The notes beneath the pieces were generated by a model that was given only the letters and a program-made list of their open reading frames with translations, searched no databases and was not told where the DNA came from. DNA of 64,000 nucleotides, taken from positions 16,543 to 80,542 of the forward strand of contig JAFGJO010000042.1 in the NCBI GenBank assembly GCA_016929065.1, given 5' to 3'. A program made the translations under genes and the position numbers. Numbering within the stretch: position 1 is the first letter of the stretch; the number at the start of each line of letters is the position of its first letter. The stretch comes from Spirochaetales bacterium (lineage in GTDB: Bacteria; Spirochaetota; Spirochaetia; SZUA-6; RPPD01). Shown here piece after piece: positions 41,737-52,224 of this stretch.

Positions 41737-42850
41737 TATTCCCGGCCGCTTCAGGACCATCCTTGATTCCGCTGCATGCTTCCCCTTTGATGATTTTTTC
41801 GCTGCAATCACACCGCAGAAAGTCCGGCATATTATTCACAAAGATAATTTGACTAAAAGCGATTTTCTCGCGCTGCTTTCGCCAGTCGCTGAACCATTTC
41901 TTGAAGAAATGGCGCAAAAAGCACATCAGGTGACCGTGCAGCAGTTCGGCAAAGTTGTTTTTTTATATACCCCGTTGTATCTTGGCAATTTTTGCAATAA
42001 CCAATGCGTCTACTGCGGGTTCAACACCGTAAATCCTGTTCCCAGGAACAAGTTGAGTGTTGAAGAAATAGAAAAAGAAGCGATCGCAATCGCGGAGTCC
42101 GGCCACCGACACATACTCATTCTCACCGGCGAAGACCGTGTGCAGACAAGTGTTGAGTATATCCGGCAGAGTATTGAAATATTAAAAAAATATTTTTCAT
42201 CCATTTCCATTGAGATTTATCCGCTTTCCAGGGAAGAATATTCACAACTCATCGAATCCGGTGTTGATAATCTGACCATCTATCAGGAAACCTACAACCG
42301 GAAATTATATGCCGCGCTTCATCCGCACGGACCAAAAAAAGATTTTTATTACCGACTCGACACACCACAACGGGCACTCGATGCAGCAATGCGCACAGTA
42401 AACATTGGCGCGCTTTTGGGACTTGATGATTTTCGAAAAGAGTGTTTTTTCGGCGGCCTGCATGCGCGCTTTCTGCAAGATACATACCCGGCCTCTGAAA
42501 TCGGTTATTCCCTGCCCCGGATGCAGTCACATGCGGGAAGTTTTCCTGTTCCCCATCCGGTGGCCGATGCCCATCTGGTCCAGATGATTACCGCGCTTCG
42601 ACTGTTTATGCCCCGCCTGGGCATCAGTATTTCAACCCGGGAACCTGCCCGGCTCCGGGACAAACTGATTCCTCTCGGCGTGACAAGGATGTCATCGGGA
42701 TCAAAAACCAGTGTCGGCGGGTATGCCGCCGAGCACCATGCGGGATCAAAACAGTTTGAAATTTCCGACAGCCGCAGCGTCAAGGAAATTGAAGAAACGC
42801 TGTTTTCCATGGGATACCAGCCTGTCTACAAAGACTGGGAGAGAATATGA
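41729..42850 (+). CDS. thiH: 2-iminoacetate synthase ThiH (radical SAM)
   Basis: It has the [10 protein letters not shown] radical-SAM cysteine motif. The start is refined to the ATG overlapping the thiG stop by 8 bp. Confidence 0.85.
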   Translation: MNNIPGRFRTILDSAACFPFDDFFAAITPQKVRHIIHKDNLTKSDFLALLSPVAEPFLEEMAQKAHQVTVQQFGKVVFLYTPLYLGNFCNNQCVYCGFNTVNPVPRNKLSVEEIEKEAIAIAESGHRHILILTGEDRVQTSVEYIRQSIEILKKYFSSISIEIYPLSREEYSQLIESGVDNLTIYQETYNRKLYAALHPHGPKKDFYYRLDTPQRALDAAMRTVNIGALLGLDDFRKECFFGGLHARFLQDTYPASEIGYSLPRMQSHAGSFPVPHPVADAHLVQMITALRLFMPRLGISISTREPARLRDKLIPLGVTRMSSGSKTSVGGYAAEHHAGSKQFEISDSRSVKEIEETLFSMGYQPVYKDWERI

Positions 42851-44100
42851 GAGAAAATTTATTTGTACAGGCGCTTGAAGACTTTTTTTCCAAAGAACAG
42901 ATTGCCGTCATTCAAAAAAAGAAAGTCGGCATCTGCGGTGCCGGAGGCCTGGGCTCCAATGCTGCGGTTAATCTTGTACGGTCGGGATTCTGCCATTTTG
43001 TCATCGCCGATTTCGATAATGTCTCGCCCGGCAACCTCAACCGCCAGTTCTTTTTTTACAACCAGATTGGAGAAAAAAAAGTCGAAGCATTGCGTGAAAA
43101 TCTTTTTACCATAAATCCAGATCTCGATATTTCGGTCTTTGATGGAAAAATAACGAAAGACAATATCAACGATGTATTCGACAGCTGCGATGTTGTCATT
43201 GAAGCGTGCGATTCTGTGGACTCAAAACAGCTTATTGCAGAGACATTCCTGAATAAAGACAAAATACTCGTAAGCGTGTCGGGGATCGCCGGAACCGGAA
43301 ACGCGGATGACATTATCATCCAGCGTCTTCGGGAAAACTTTTTTTTAATCGGTGACGGAAAATCAGAGGCAGGCATTCTGCCGCCGCTCTCCCCCCGGGT
43401 TCAGGTTGCCGCGGCAAAACAGGCCGACATTGTTCTCGAGCAGACCCTGTACCCCAAAAGGGCTGTGAACAATTTCGACTGGGGATTATACGGCATCACT
43501 GCAGAAAAATTTTCAGGCGGGAGAAACAATCTCAGCGTTGTACAGGAAATGATCGATGCGGGCATCAGAGTAATTCAGTACCGGGAAAAAGAAAAAAGCC
43601 AGCAGGAAAAATACAGAGAATGCATACAGATCCGCAACCTCTGCAAAAAGGCCGGTGTCTGCTTTATTGTCAACGACGATCCGGCCATCGCCCGGCTCGT
43701 CGATGCAGACGGTGTGCACGTGGGACAGGATGACCTGCCGGTTGCCGAAGTGCGTAAAATCATTGGGTACAATAAAATTGTGGGACTCTCCACGCATTCG
43801 CCCGAACAGGCCCGGCAGGCACTTTCCCAGCGGCCCGACTACATTGGTGCGGGGCCTTTGTTCCAGACATCGACCAAAGACGATGTCTGCGATCCGGTTG
43901 GACTGGAGTATCTTGAGTATGTGGTGAGAAACATTCCCCTGCCCTTTGTCGCGATCGGCGGAATCAAAAAACACAATATTCACGAAGTCGTACAGCGGGG
44001 GGCGAAAAATATCAGTCTGGTCACAGAAATTACCGGTGCTGTTAATATAAAAATGATGATAAAAGAATTAAAGATGATCATTGATTCTGTGAAGAAATAA
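42847..44100 (+). CDS. Fusion protein: ThiF-like E1 adenylyltransferase (N-terminal) plus thiamine-phosphate synthase ThiE (C-terminal)
   Basis: The N-terminal half has the GICGAGGLGS Rossmann motif of ThiF/MoeB. The C-terminal half has ThiE motifs (ADGVHVGQDD, IGAGPLFQTSTK, VAIGGI). Confidence 0.8.
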   Translation: MRENLFVQALEDFFSKEQIAVIQKKKVGICGAGGLGSNAAVNLVRSGFCHFVIADFDNVSPGNLNRQFFFYNQIGEKKVEALRENLFTINPDLDISVFDGKITKDNINDVFDSCDVVIEACDSVDSKQLIAETFLNKDKILVSVSGIAGTGNADDIIIQRLRENFFLIGDGKSEAGILPPLSPRVQVAAAKQADIVLEQTLYPKRAVNNFDWGLYGITAEKFSGGRNNLSVVQEMIDAGIRVIQYREKEKSQQEKYRECIQIRNLCKKAGVCFIVNDDPAIARLVDADGVHVGQDDLPVAEVRKIIGYNKIVGLSTHSPEQARQALSQRPDYIGAGPLFQTSTKDDVCDPVGLEYLEYVVRNIPLPFVAIGGIKKHNIHEVVQRGAKNISLVTEITGAVNIKMMIKELKMIIDSVKK

Positions 44101-44141
44101 TTCAGGCATTGTCAGGAGGATTACCGGAGCGGCATTTCTGT

Positions 44142-44639
44142 TTATTTAAAAATGTCTATTAACAATCGCTTTTTATGGTCATTAAAGAGAGATACAATTG
44201 CTGTCACTTCTTCATTTGTAAAATTTCCGGTTACCTGCAATTTGCCTCCCGGAATTGTATCAACAATCTTTGCGACAACCACCAGCTCACCGTTGATGAT
44301 CAGCGCCGCAGAATCTCCTATATGGGCTGCAGTAAAATCAAACAGCTTTACAGCACCCGCATCAGAAAAATTAATCAGAATTATCGGCTGACGCGTCCTT
44401 CTATCACGATCTTTTTTTATGGAGACAATATCCGAGTCCTCCAGCACGATTTCAGAAGCAAGCCAGATTTCTTCACCGGTTCCTTTTTGCAGAAAGGGTT
44501 CTGCTTTCGGAGTATTTTTTTCCACCACAAGCCGCATCTGGAAAACAGGCACTGCTTCGATTTGTTCTGCGTTTTCCTGCGCGAACAATACTGCATGAAC
44601 ACCAAGAACAAAAACAAAACCTGCCAATAATCTTTTCAT
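44142..44639 (-). CDS. Secreted hypothetical protein
   Basis: It has a signal peptide but no motif I recognise. Confidence 0.5.
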   Translation of the reverse strand: MKRLLAGFVFVLGVHAVLFAQENAEQIEAVPVFQMRLVVEKNTPKAEPFLQKGTGEEIWLASEIVLEDSDIVSIKKDRDRRTRQPIILINFSDAGAVKLFDFTAAHIGDSAALIINGELVVVAKIVDTIPGGKLQVTGNFTNEEVTAIVSLFNDHKKRLLIDIFK

Positions 44640-44728
44640 ACCATCACCTTGCGGATATACACTTTTAATAGTGTACTCTCTATTTTTTTTATTTCAAACG
44701 CGCTGTACCCCTGTGTATTGTTTCCGGT

Positions 44729-44986
44729 TCACGCCTTCTTTAAAAGCACAGCTGCCCGATAGACTTCATTAGGATACAAATCGTCCGGGACATGTTCTTT
44801 CCCCAGAACCTTGAAAACCATAAAACGCCCGCATTCCCAATGCTCGCCTTTACAGTATTTCATTTTCATCAAATCGGATACCAGCTGCATATCAGCCATT
44901 TTGTCATTAAAAAAAGAACATTTTTTCAGGCATTCACAGCTGTTTGAATTCTGTTGCTCCATACAGTCAGTTTCTCCGCTCCACAA
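44729..44986 (-). CDS. Small cysteine-rich protein (paralog A)
   Basis: It has four Cys in a C-x-C...C-x6-C pattern and a conserved C-terminus (PDDLYPNEVYRAAVLLKKA). Confidence 0.45.
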   Translation of the reverse strand: MWSGETDCMEQQNSNSCECLKKCSFFNDKMADMQLVSDLMKMKYCKGEHWECGRFMVFKVLGKEHVPDDLYPNEVYRAAVLLKKA

Positions 44987-45045
44987 ACCAAAATGTTTCC
45001 AAATACTCTACTACATTCCGGACAACTAATCAATAAATTCAGACA

Positions 45046-45303
45046 TTATGCCTTGTCAAGAAATTGTTTTGCACGGTACATCTGGTTCGGAAAAAGATCC
45101 GGAATCACCTCTGAAAAACCGAATACCCTGTATAATACATATCTGGCACACGCAGTCTTGTTCTGCCTGCAGAAAGTATCCTGCATAATATGCTGCAGCA
45201 GCGGAATATCCTTTACCTGTTTGTGTAAAAAAAGGCACCTGCACATCAACTCGCAGTTTTTCATGAAAAACTCCTTGTAACTCCCGAAGTGTGGATCAAA
45301 CAC
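45046..45303 (-). CDS. Small cysteine-rich protein (paralog B, tandem duplicate of A)
   Basis: It is the same length with the same Cys spacing and C-terminal motif (PDLFPNQMYRAKQFLDKA). Confidence 0.45.
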   Translation of the reverse strand: MFDPHFGSYKEFFMKNCELMCRCLFLHKQVKDIPLLQHIMQDTFCRQNKTACARYVLYRVFGFSEVIPDLFPNQMYRAKQFLDKA

Positions 45304-45451
45304 TCAGCTTTAATACACACTTCCCTGCCTCTTCTCCTGTATATAAAACACCTCAAATCCAAAAAAGCTACACTGAATTTTGGCCTCTGCTTGCCTTAAC
45401 TGATGTTTACCATTATTATTGAAACATCATTTTCAAAACCAGGAAAACTCT

Positions 45452-48331
45452 ATGAACAAAATCATTATACAAGGCGCCCGTGAGCACAACCTTAAAAATA
45501 TCGACATTACTCTGCCGAGAGACAAATTTATTGTGATCTCGGGACTTTCCGGTTCCGGGAAATCATCTCTCGCATTCGATACAATTTTCGCAGAAGGCCA
45601 GCGGAGGTATGTCGAATCGCTTTCCGCGTATGCACGGCAATTTCTGGGCAGGCTCGACAAGCCCGATGTCGACTATATCGAGGGGCTTTCCCCTGCCATT
45701 TCGATTGAGCAAAAAACCACCCATAAAAATCCCCGTTCGACGGTTGGAACGGTCACCGAGATTTATGATTACCTCCGGTTATTATTCGCACGGATCGGTA
45801 CGCCCCATTGCCCCACGTGCGGCAAGGAAATCAAAGAGCAGTCAATCGACCAGATCATCGATACCATTCTGGCGTATCCACAGAACAGTAAAATAATCAT
45901 CTGCGCCCCAATCGTCCGGGGCAGAAAGGGCGAGCACCAGAAGATTTTCGAGGATGCAAAAAAAGGCGGATTCGCACGGGTGCGGGTAAACGGGGAAATT
46001 CGATCGCTCGAAGAACAAATACCCCTGGAAAAAAACAAAAAGCACTCAATCGAAATTGTTGTCGACCGTCTCACCGTACATGGCGAAAACCGTCAACGGC
46101 TCGCGGAATCGGTTGAAACCGCATTGGAACTCGCCGGCGGCAAGCTGACTGTCATCACCATTGACGGAACAAAAGAGACCGAGGAGTTTTTCTCGCAGCT
46201 TTTTTCCTGTTCAGAATGCGGAGTGAGCATCCCTGAACTTCAGCCGAGGCTTTTTTCGTTCAATAACCCCTACGGTGCCTGCGAGACCTGCTCCGGGCTG
46301 GGAGTTACCCTGGAGTTCGATCCCGGCCTGGTCATTCCCGATCCCTCGCTTTCATTTAATGAGGGAGGGATTGCGCCGTATAATCCCGAAGCAGCCTGGT
46401 ATAAAAGCCGGGTGGGTTCGCTGGCAAAGCATTACGGATTCACCCTTGATACCCCGTTTGATCAGCTGCCGAAACAGGTTCTGAAAAACATTCTGCACGG
46501 CACCAAAGATGCAATTGATTTTACCTATACCAACCGCGACAAACGGGGGAAGTGGGAATATACCTCATCGTTTATCGGGATCCTCCCCGATTTAAAACGC
46601 CGGTATTTCGAGTCTACCTCGGAGGGAGTCAAGGAATGGCTGGAGCAATACATGCGTCAGGCCGAATGTCCGGCGTGTTCCGGCAAGCGCCTGCGGCCCG
46701 AAAGCCTGGGTGTCACAGTATCCAATAAAAACATCTGGGATGTGACGGTGCAGTCAGTGGGTGACGCAGCTCGTTTTTTCGATACACTCAAACTGAGCGA
46801 AACCCAGGCCAAAATTGCCTCTCAAATTCTCAAGGAAATTAAAGCGCGGCTCACTTTCATGATCAACGTGGGGCTCGATTACCTCACCCTTGAACGAAAA
46901 GCGGCAACACTCTCCGGGGGCGAGGCGCAGCGGATCCGGCTTGCAACGCAGATCGGTTCACAGCTGGTCGGAGTGCTGTATATTCTGGATGAGCCGACAA
47001 TCGGGCTGCATCAGAGGGACAACCAGCGGCTCATTGACACGCTCAAACACTTGAGAGATATCGGGAACACACTCATTGTTGTGGAACATGATGAACAGAC
47101 ACTCCGCACGGCGGACTATATTGTGGACCTGGGACCCGGCGCCGGCGTGCATGGCGGGCATGTAGTCGCCGCCGGCACCTATAATGAAATACTTGCGAAC
47201 AAGAAATCGGTCACTGGCCAGTATTTGTCCGGCGCGATTGCCATTGAACAGCGGCCGCAGCGGCGCCCGGTTGATGACAATAAAAAAATCATGCTCCTCG
47301 GCGCAAAGGAACATAATCTTAAAAATATCGATGTCGGGTTTCCACTTGGTGTGTTCACGGTGATTACCGGGGTGTCGGGATCGGGGAAGTCGACCCTGCT
47401 CTCGGACCTGTTGTACCCGGCGCTTTCAAACAAAATCATGCGCTCCCATCACCGCGAGGGCAGTTACGGGAAAATTACCGGGACAAAACATGTCGACAAG
47501 GTGATCAATATCGACCAGAGCCCCATCGGAAGAACCCCGCGCTCAAACCCCGCGACCTACGTGGGGCTGTTCACGCCCATTCGTGAACTGTTTGCAAAAC
47601 TGCCGGAATCACGGGCGCGCGGCTACAAGGCCGGCCGATTCTCGTTTAATGTACGCGGCGGACGGTGCGAACACTGTGAAGGCGACGGTACACTCCGCAT
47701 CGAAATGCACTTTTTATCGGATGTGCATATTACCTGCGACAATTGCAAAGGCAAACGCTATAACCGTGAAACACTTGAAATCCGGTACAAAGGAAAGAAC
47801 ATTCACGATGTGCTGGAAATGACCGTCGAGGAAGCGCATGGCTTTTTTGATAAAATACCAATGATCGAACGCAAACTCCGGGTGCTCCGCGATGTTGGAC
47901 TGGATTATGTCAAACTCGGCCAGTCAGCGCTCACCTTATCGGGCGGGGAAGCACAAAGGGTAAAACTGGCTCTTGAACTGTCCAAGAGGAGCACCGGCCA
48001 GACGCTCTACATACTGGACGAGCCGACTACCGGGCTTCATTTTGCCGACGTTAAAAAACTGATTGAGGTACTGCAGCTCCTGGTAAACCAGGGGAACACC
48101 ATTATCCTTATCGAACACAACCTGGACGTGATCATGCAGGCAGACTATATCATTGACCTGGGGCCGGAAGGCGGCGACCGCGGCGGGCAGGTTATCTGTG
48201 CCGGCACTCCCGAGCAGGTGATGGAATGTAAAGACTCATACACCGGGCATTATCTGAAAGAGGCTTTGGCACAGAACGGGAATAAAAAACCGGCTACGAA
48301 AAAAGCAAAGAAAATGCAAAAGAGAAAATAG
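45452..48331 (+). CDS. uvrA: Excinuclease ABC subunit A
   Basis: It has two ABC ATPase modules with zinc-finger insertions ([15 protein letters not shown] ... LSGGEAQRI). Confidence 0.95.
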   Translation: MNKIIIQGAREHNLKNIDITLPRDKFIVISGLSGSGKSSLAFDTIFAEGQRRYVESLSAYARQFLGRLDKPDVDYIEGLSPAISIEQKTTHKNPRSTVGTVTEIYDYLRLLFARIGTPHCPTCGKEIKEQSIDQIIDTILAYPQNSKIIICAPIVRGRKGEHQKIFEDAKKGGFARVRVNGEIRSLEEQIPLEKNKKHSIEIVVDRLTVHGENRQRLAESVETALELAGGKLTVITIDGTKETEEFFSQLFSCSECGVSIPELQPRLFSFNNPYGACETCSGLGVTLEFDPGLVIPDPSLSFNEGGIAPYNPEAAWYKSRVGSLAKHYGFTLDTPFDQLPKQVLKNILHGTKDAIDFTYTNRDKRGKWEYTSSFIGILPDLKRRYFESTSEGVKEWLEQYMRQAECPACSGKRLRPESLGVTVSNKNIWDVTVQSVGDAARFFDTLKLSETQAKIASQILKEIKARLTFMINVGLDYLTLERKAATLSGGEAQRIRLATQIGSQLVGVLYILDEPTIGLHQRDNQRLIDTLKHLRDIGNTLIVVEHDEQTLRTADYIVDLGPGAGVHGGHVVAAGTYNEILANKKSVTGQYLSGAIAIEQRPQRRPVDDNKKIMLLGAKEHNLKNIDVGFPLGVFTVITGVSGSGKSTLLSDLLYPALSNKIMRSHHREGSYGKITGTKHVDKVINIDQSPIGRTPRSNPATYVGLFTPIRELFAKLPESRARGYKAGRFSFNVRGGRCEHCEGDGTLRIEMHFLSDVHITCDNCKGKRYNRETLEIRYKGKNIHDVLEMTVEEAHGFFDKIPMIERKLRVLRDVGLDYVKLGQSALTLSGGEAQRVKLALELSKRSTGQTLYILDEPTTGLHFADVKKLIEVLQLLVNQGNTIILIEHNLDVIMQADYIIDLGPEGGDRGGQVICAGTPEQVMECKDSYTGHYLKEALAQNGNKKPATKKAKKMQKRK

Positions 48332-48410
48332 ATACATTTTTATATAAACCCTACCCGCTCTTTGTCAATGGTGATACCCTATAATTGATGCGAAATTCAC
48401 AAAAATGTGG

Positions 48411-48439
48411 TTGATACAGGTCAGGGTATGTTTTACAAT
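48411..48439 (+). promoter_or_regulatory. Putative sigma70-type promoter (TTGATA-N17-TACAAT) for the island operon
   Basis: It lies ~95 nt upstream of the ATPase gene ATG. Confidence 0.3.
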
Positions 48440-48533
48440 TGTCATGGCATAATGTAAAGTATAAAACCTTCTATATATAACATTTTCCAGGCTGGAAATA
48501 GTCGGTAAGAATATATCGTTGCAAGGGGTTATT

Positions 48534-51500
48534 ATGAATACAGTCTTACAAGCCCTTCATGATTCCTGTGTTCCGCGAAAGAGCGTCTTTGACAAATCCC
48601 GTAAGGACGTAGTCCTTCACCTGGGAGACCTCCTAACAGGAAAACTCAAGGAAAAAGATGCGGAGCTTTTCTTTGATGAGAACTTTGTCACCAAGGGCAT
48701 GAAGTCGTTGATTGAGAAGACTTTCCAGCGCCTTTGCGGGAAGAAAGACCAGGCTGCGACGTTTCTGCTCTCACAGGCCATGGGCGGCGGCAAGACACAC
48801 TCAATGCTCGCCCTGGGATTGCTTGCAAAATATCCGGCTGCGAGGGCGAAATTATGGAAAGAATCAAAGCTCGACGACATGGCGATCCGGGTGATCGGCT
48901 TTGACGGCAGGGAATCAGACTACCCATTCGGGATCTGGGGCTCTATTGCCGAGCAGTTGGGAAAAAAGGATCTGTTCAAGAACCTCTACACTCCCCTTCA
49001 GGCGCCCGGGATCACCTCATGGATCAATCTCCTTCAAGGCGAGCCGACGGTGATCCTGCTCGATGAGCTTCCGCCATACTTTATGAGCGCCATGTCCAAA
49101 TCCGTGGGCGACAGCAACCTGGCCGCGGTGACAACGACCGCAATTTCCAACCTGATGGTCGCAGCCAACAAAACGGAACTTAATAACATCGTTATTGTCA
49201 TTTCAGACCTGTCGGCAACTGCATATTCCAACCTGGGCACCGGGGTCATGGCGGCCCTGGATAACCTGGAAAAAGAAACAAACCGGAGCGCTCTTGTCAT
49301 TGAACCGGTGGCGACACAGGGCGACGAGGTTTTTCACATTCTGAAGACACGGCTTTTTGAAAAATTGCCGGAAGAAAAGATAAAAACCGATGTTGCGGCC
49401 GCGTACGCGGACGCGGTGAAGAAGGCAAAACAGATGGAGCTCACCGCTGCGACGCCGGAAAGTTTTGCAGCCGAGATTAAAGATTCATATCCCTTTCATT
49501 TTTCCCTGCGCGATTTATACGGCCGCTTCAAGGAAAATCCCAATTTTCAGCAGACGCGCGGGCTTTTGCGCATGATGCGCTCGATTATTGCCAATATATG
49601 GGAAAGCGGCAAGGCAAAAAAACTGTATCTAGTACATCCGTATGACATCGATTTGAATGACGGCGACATTTTTACGGAGTTCGACCGCATCAATTCAAGT
49701 CTCTCGGAAGGAGTACGCACCGACATCGCGAACAGCGGCCATTCGCACGCCGAGGAGCGCGACGCGGAATTGAAGACCACAGACGCAACGGACGCGGCAA
49801 AACTCATCTATGTGTCCTCGCTTTCCACAGCACAGAAGGCGGTTATCGGCCTGCGGGATACGGAGATTATTGCCTGGTTGTGCGCGCCCGGCCGCAGTAT
49901 GGAGCGGGTGTTGAGCGACGTGCTTGAGGTCCTGCCAAATCGGGCATGGTATCTGCATCTGTCGCTTGACGGAAGGTTGTACTTTAAAAACATCCAGAAC
50001 CTGGCGGCCAGGCTTTTCGGGATGGTGAGCACTTCCACCAAGGAAAACAAGATCCAGGAATTGCGCAAATACCTGCAATCCCTTTTTGAGCCCAAAATGA
50101 AGGATTTGTATCAGGATATCAAGGTGCTATCGCCGATAGACGACATCACCATCACGCAAGAGAAAACCACGCTCATTGTTACTGACCCTTGGCCTGACGC
50201 GAAATCCGACCAGCCGCTTAATCCGGAGTGGGTCAAGTTCCACAACGATCAGACCTGTCAGAACCGGATGTTTTTTTTGACCGGCGACCGCAACACCATG
50301 GACGAGGTGCTCAAGAACGCCGCGTACCTCAAGGCCGTGGAGGTCGTACTTGCAGAGCAGGAGCAGGAGGGCGTGTCGCCCAAGGACCCGCAGGCGAGCG
50401 AGGCCCGGCGGAGCAAGGATAAATACCAGGTACAGCTGCGCAGCGCGGTCCAGCAGACCTTTTCCACTATCGTATACCCTGCGCGCGGAAAACTGCGGCA
50501 TGAACACATCAATTTTAATTTTGACAACAACCAGTATGACGCGGAGGCACAGATCAGGCGCACACTGGCTGACAACCAGAAGTTCTCGCTGGATGCTGCC
50601 AATGAGACCTGGATCAAAAAGGCGGAGGAACGCCTGTTCGACAACCAGAATCCGGTGCCCTGGAACGAGGTGAAAAAACGCGCGGCGGTGAAGCCGGAAT
50701 GGCAATTCCACCACCCGGGCCTTTTGGAGGACATCCGGGAATACGCAATAAAAACCGGGCGCTGGCGGGCGGAAGGCAACATGGTGCGCCGGGGGCCGTT
50801 TGAAAAGGAACCGACCGGCGTGAAGGTCGCGCTGAAAAGTTTTGATTCTGATACCGGCGATGCGATTCTGCAGATAATCCCTGAAAACGGCAACAAAGTG
50901 TATTACGAAATCGGCGATGCAAAGCCGACCACATCGTCACTGATCGTTACTGATTTTTCAAGTTTTCGCACCAAAGAGCTCAAGTTAACCTTTCTCTGCG
51001 TGGACGAGGGACCGGACCCGCGGCCAACGGGGAATCCTTACGTATGGAAAAATACAATTCAAATCAAATACCGGATTTACTCCCAAGGCAAGGAATATTA
51101 TGCACAGGTTGTCGCAAATCCGCCGGTACCGCTCCGCTATACTACGGAAGGCCGTGATCCGCTGGAACACGGCGTACCCTATGCCGGGGACATTCTCCTG
51201 CCGCCGGAGTGCACCATGCTTCAGGTTGTGGGCGAAAAAGACGGGGTGATGAGCAGAGTAGAGACGTTCAGGATAGACCGCAAGCCTGGCGGGGAAATAG
51301 ATCCGGACAAGCCCGCGGTCTGGTACTGCGGCAGGCATTTCCAGCACAAGCCGGGGGCGGAGGCGTTTCAGCTCCTGGACCGCGCAAAGGAACTTCGGGC
51401 AAACCTTTCATACGTGCTCGTCAATTCGGTCTCTTCGGATACGGAAGAGGCGCTCATGTACACACTACCCAAAAATCATCTGCGATCTGCTGAGGAAGTT

Positions 51501-51653
51501 GGCAATATTTGCAACAATCTGCAGGAGATGATCCCGGACGCGCATCTGACATTGAGCATCCATGAGATACACTTCACGCGAGGCCAGGACCTGCTGGACT
51601 GGATGCAAAAGGACCGGCTTTCCATTGACGTTGCCAAAGAGGTGAAACAGTGA
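48534..51653 (+). CDS. Large P-loop ATPase of the DUF499/BrxC-PglY-like type (phage-defence associated)
   Basis: It has a Walker A motif (MGGGKTHS) near residue 90 and a DE(L) Walker B motif (ILLDELPPYF), and is ~1040 aa. It is GC-rich relative to the flanks. Confidence 0.65.
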   Translation: MNTVLQALHDSCVPRKSVFDKSRKDVVLHLGDLLTGKLKEKDAELFFDENFVTKGMKSLIEKTFQRLCGKKDQAATFLLSQAMGGGKTHSMLALGLLAKYPAARAKLWKESKLDDMAIRVIGFDGRESDYPFGIWGSIAEQLGKKDLFKNLYTPLQAPGITSWINLLQGEPTVILLDELPPYFMSAMSKSVGDSNLAAVTTTAISNLMVAANKTELNNIVIVISDLSATAYSNLGTGVMAALDNLEKETNRSALVIEPVATQGDEVFHILKTRLFEKLPEEKIKTDVAAAYADAVKKAKQMELTAATPESFAAEIKDSYPFHFSLRDLYGRFKENPNFQQTRGLLRMMRSIIANIWESGKAKKLYLVHPYDIDLNDGDIFTEFDRINSSLSEGVRTDIANSGHSHAEERDAELKTTDATDAAKLIYVSSLSTAQKAVIGLRDTEIIAWLCAPGRSMERVLSDVLEVLPNRAWYLHLSLDGRLYFKNIQNLAARLFGMVSTSTKENKIQELRKYLQSLFEPKMKDLYQDIKVLSPIDDITITQEKTTLIVTDPWPDAKSDQPLNPEWVKFHNDQTCQNRMFFLTGDRNTMDEVLKNAAYLKAVEVVLAEQEQEGVSPKDPQASEARRSKDKYQVQLRSAVQQTFSTIVYPARGKLRHEHINFNFDNNQYDAEAQIRRTLADNQKFSLDAANETWIKKAEERLFDNQNPVPWNEVKKRAAVKPEWQFHHPGLLEDIREYAIKTGRWRAEGNMVRRGPFEKEPTGVKVALKSFDSDTGDAILQIIPENGNKVYYEIGDAKPTTSSLIVTDFSSFRTKELKLTFLCVDEGPDPRPTGNPYVWKNTIQIKYRIYSQGKEYYAQVVANPPVPLRYTTEGRDPLEHGVPYAGDILLPPECTMLQVVGEKDGVMSRVETFRIDRKPGGEIDPDKPAVWYCGRHFQHKPGAEAFQLLDRAKELRANLSYVLVNSVSSDTEEALMYTLPKNHLRSAEEVGNICNNLQEMIPDAHLTLSIHEIHFTRGQDLLDWMQKDRLSIDVAKEVKQ

Positions 51654-52219
51654 GCGAAGTGCTGGGATTCGGCTTTTTCCCGGAGCGCACAACGCACTGC
51701 TTTGTCGTGCACCTGCCGAATACGGCAAAGGGAGAAATCGCCATTACAGAAGAGTTTAAGTGGGCGCTTGAACAGGAATCGTTTGAAAAACATGGTCTGC
51801 AAAATCCCGACCTGAAAGTACTTCTTTCCATGGAACTCTGGAAAGAGATCGCGGACGAGGCCAAGGCCGAGTTTAACCGCAGGCTCATCCGGCATGGCGT
51901 AAAGTCCGGCAAGTGGCCGGCGAAAGGCAAGGTGCCGGTTGACCGCAACCTTGGAAAGGAACTGGTACTCCTGGCCTGGGCCGTGGAGGACGCGGACCCC
52001 GTGCTCATCCCCAATGCGGTACGCAACTGGTTGGGCTTGAGCCCGGAGGAGCGCTGGTGGCTTTTCACCATGACCAACGCGGCCACGGGCCAGGCTTTGG
52101 GCGGCCGCAACAAGGGCTGGCGTAAAGCCGTACGCTTTGCGCTCACGGAAAACCCCATCGCCGATTCAGTCATAAAAAAACGCGTGAGCGATTTTGAATT
52201 GCCGCTTTTTCGGGAGTAA
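51650..52219 (+). CDS. Small conserved protein, translationally coupled (GTGA overlap) between the ATPase and the MTase
   Basis: It is 189 aa with no catalytic motif I can see. Confidence 0.5.
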   Translation: MSEVLGFGFFPERTTHCFVVHLPNTAKGEIAITEEFKWALEQESFEKHGLQNPDLKVLLSMELWKEIADEAKAEFNRRLIRHGVKSGKWPAKGKVPVDRNLGKELVLLAWAVEDADPVLIPNAVRNWLGLSPEERWWLFTMTNAATGQALGGRNKGWRKAVRFALTENPIADSVIKKRVSDFELPLFRE

Positions 52220-52224
52220 TAACT

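Noticed and set aside
49034-51347. Numerous minus-strand ORFs of 80-200 aa inside the island ATPase gene and 52284-54870 inside the MTase gene
   Set aside because: Antisense ORFs like these are expected by chance in GC-rich coding sequence. They have no RBS or coupling, and the sense frames carry recognisable Walker and DPPY motifs.
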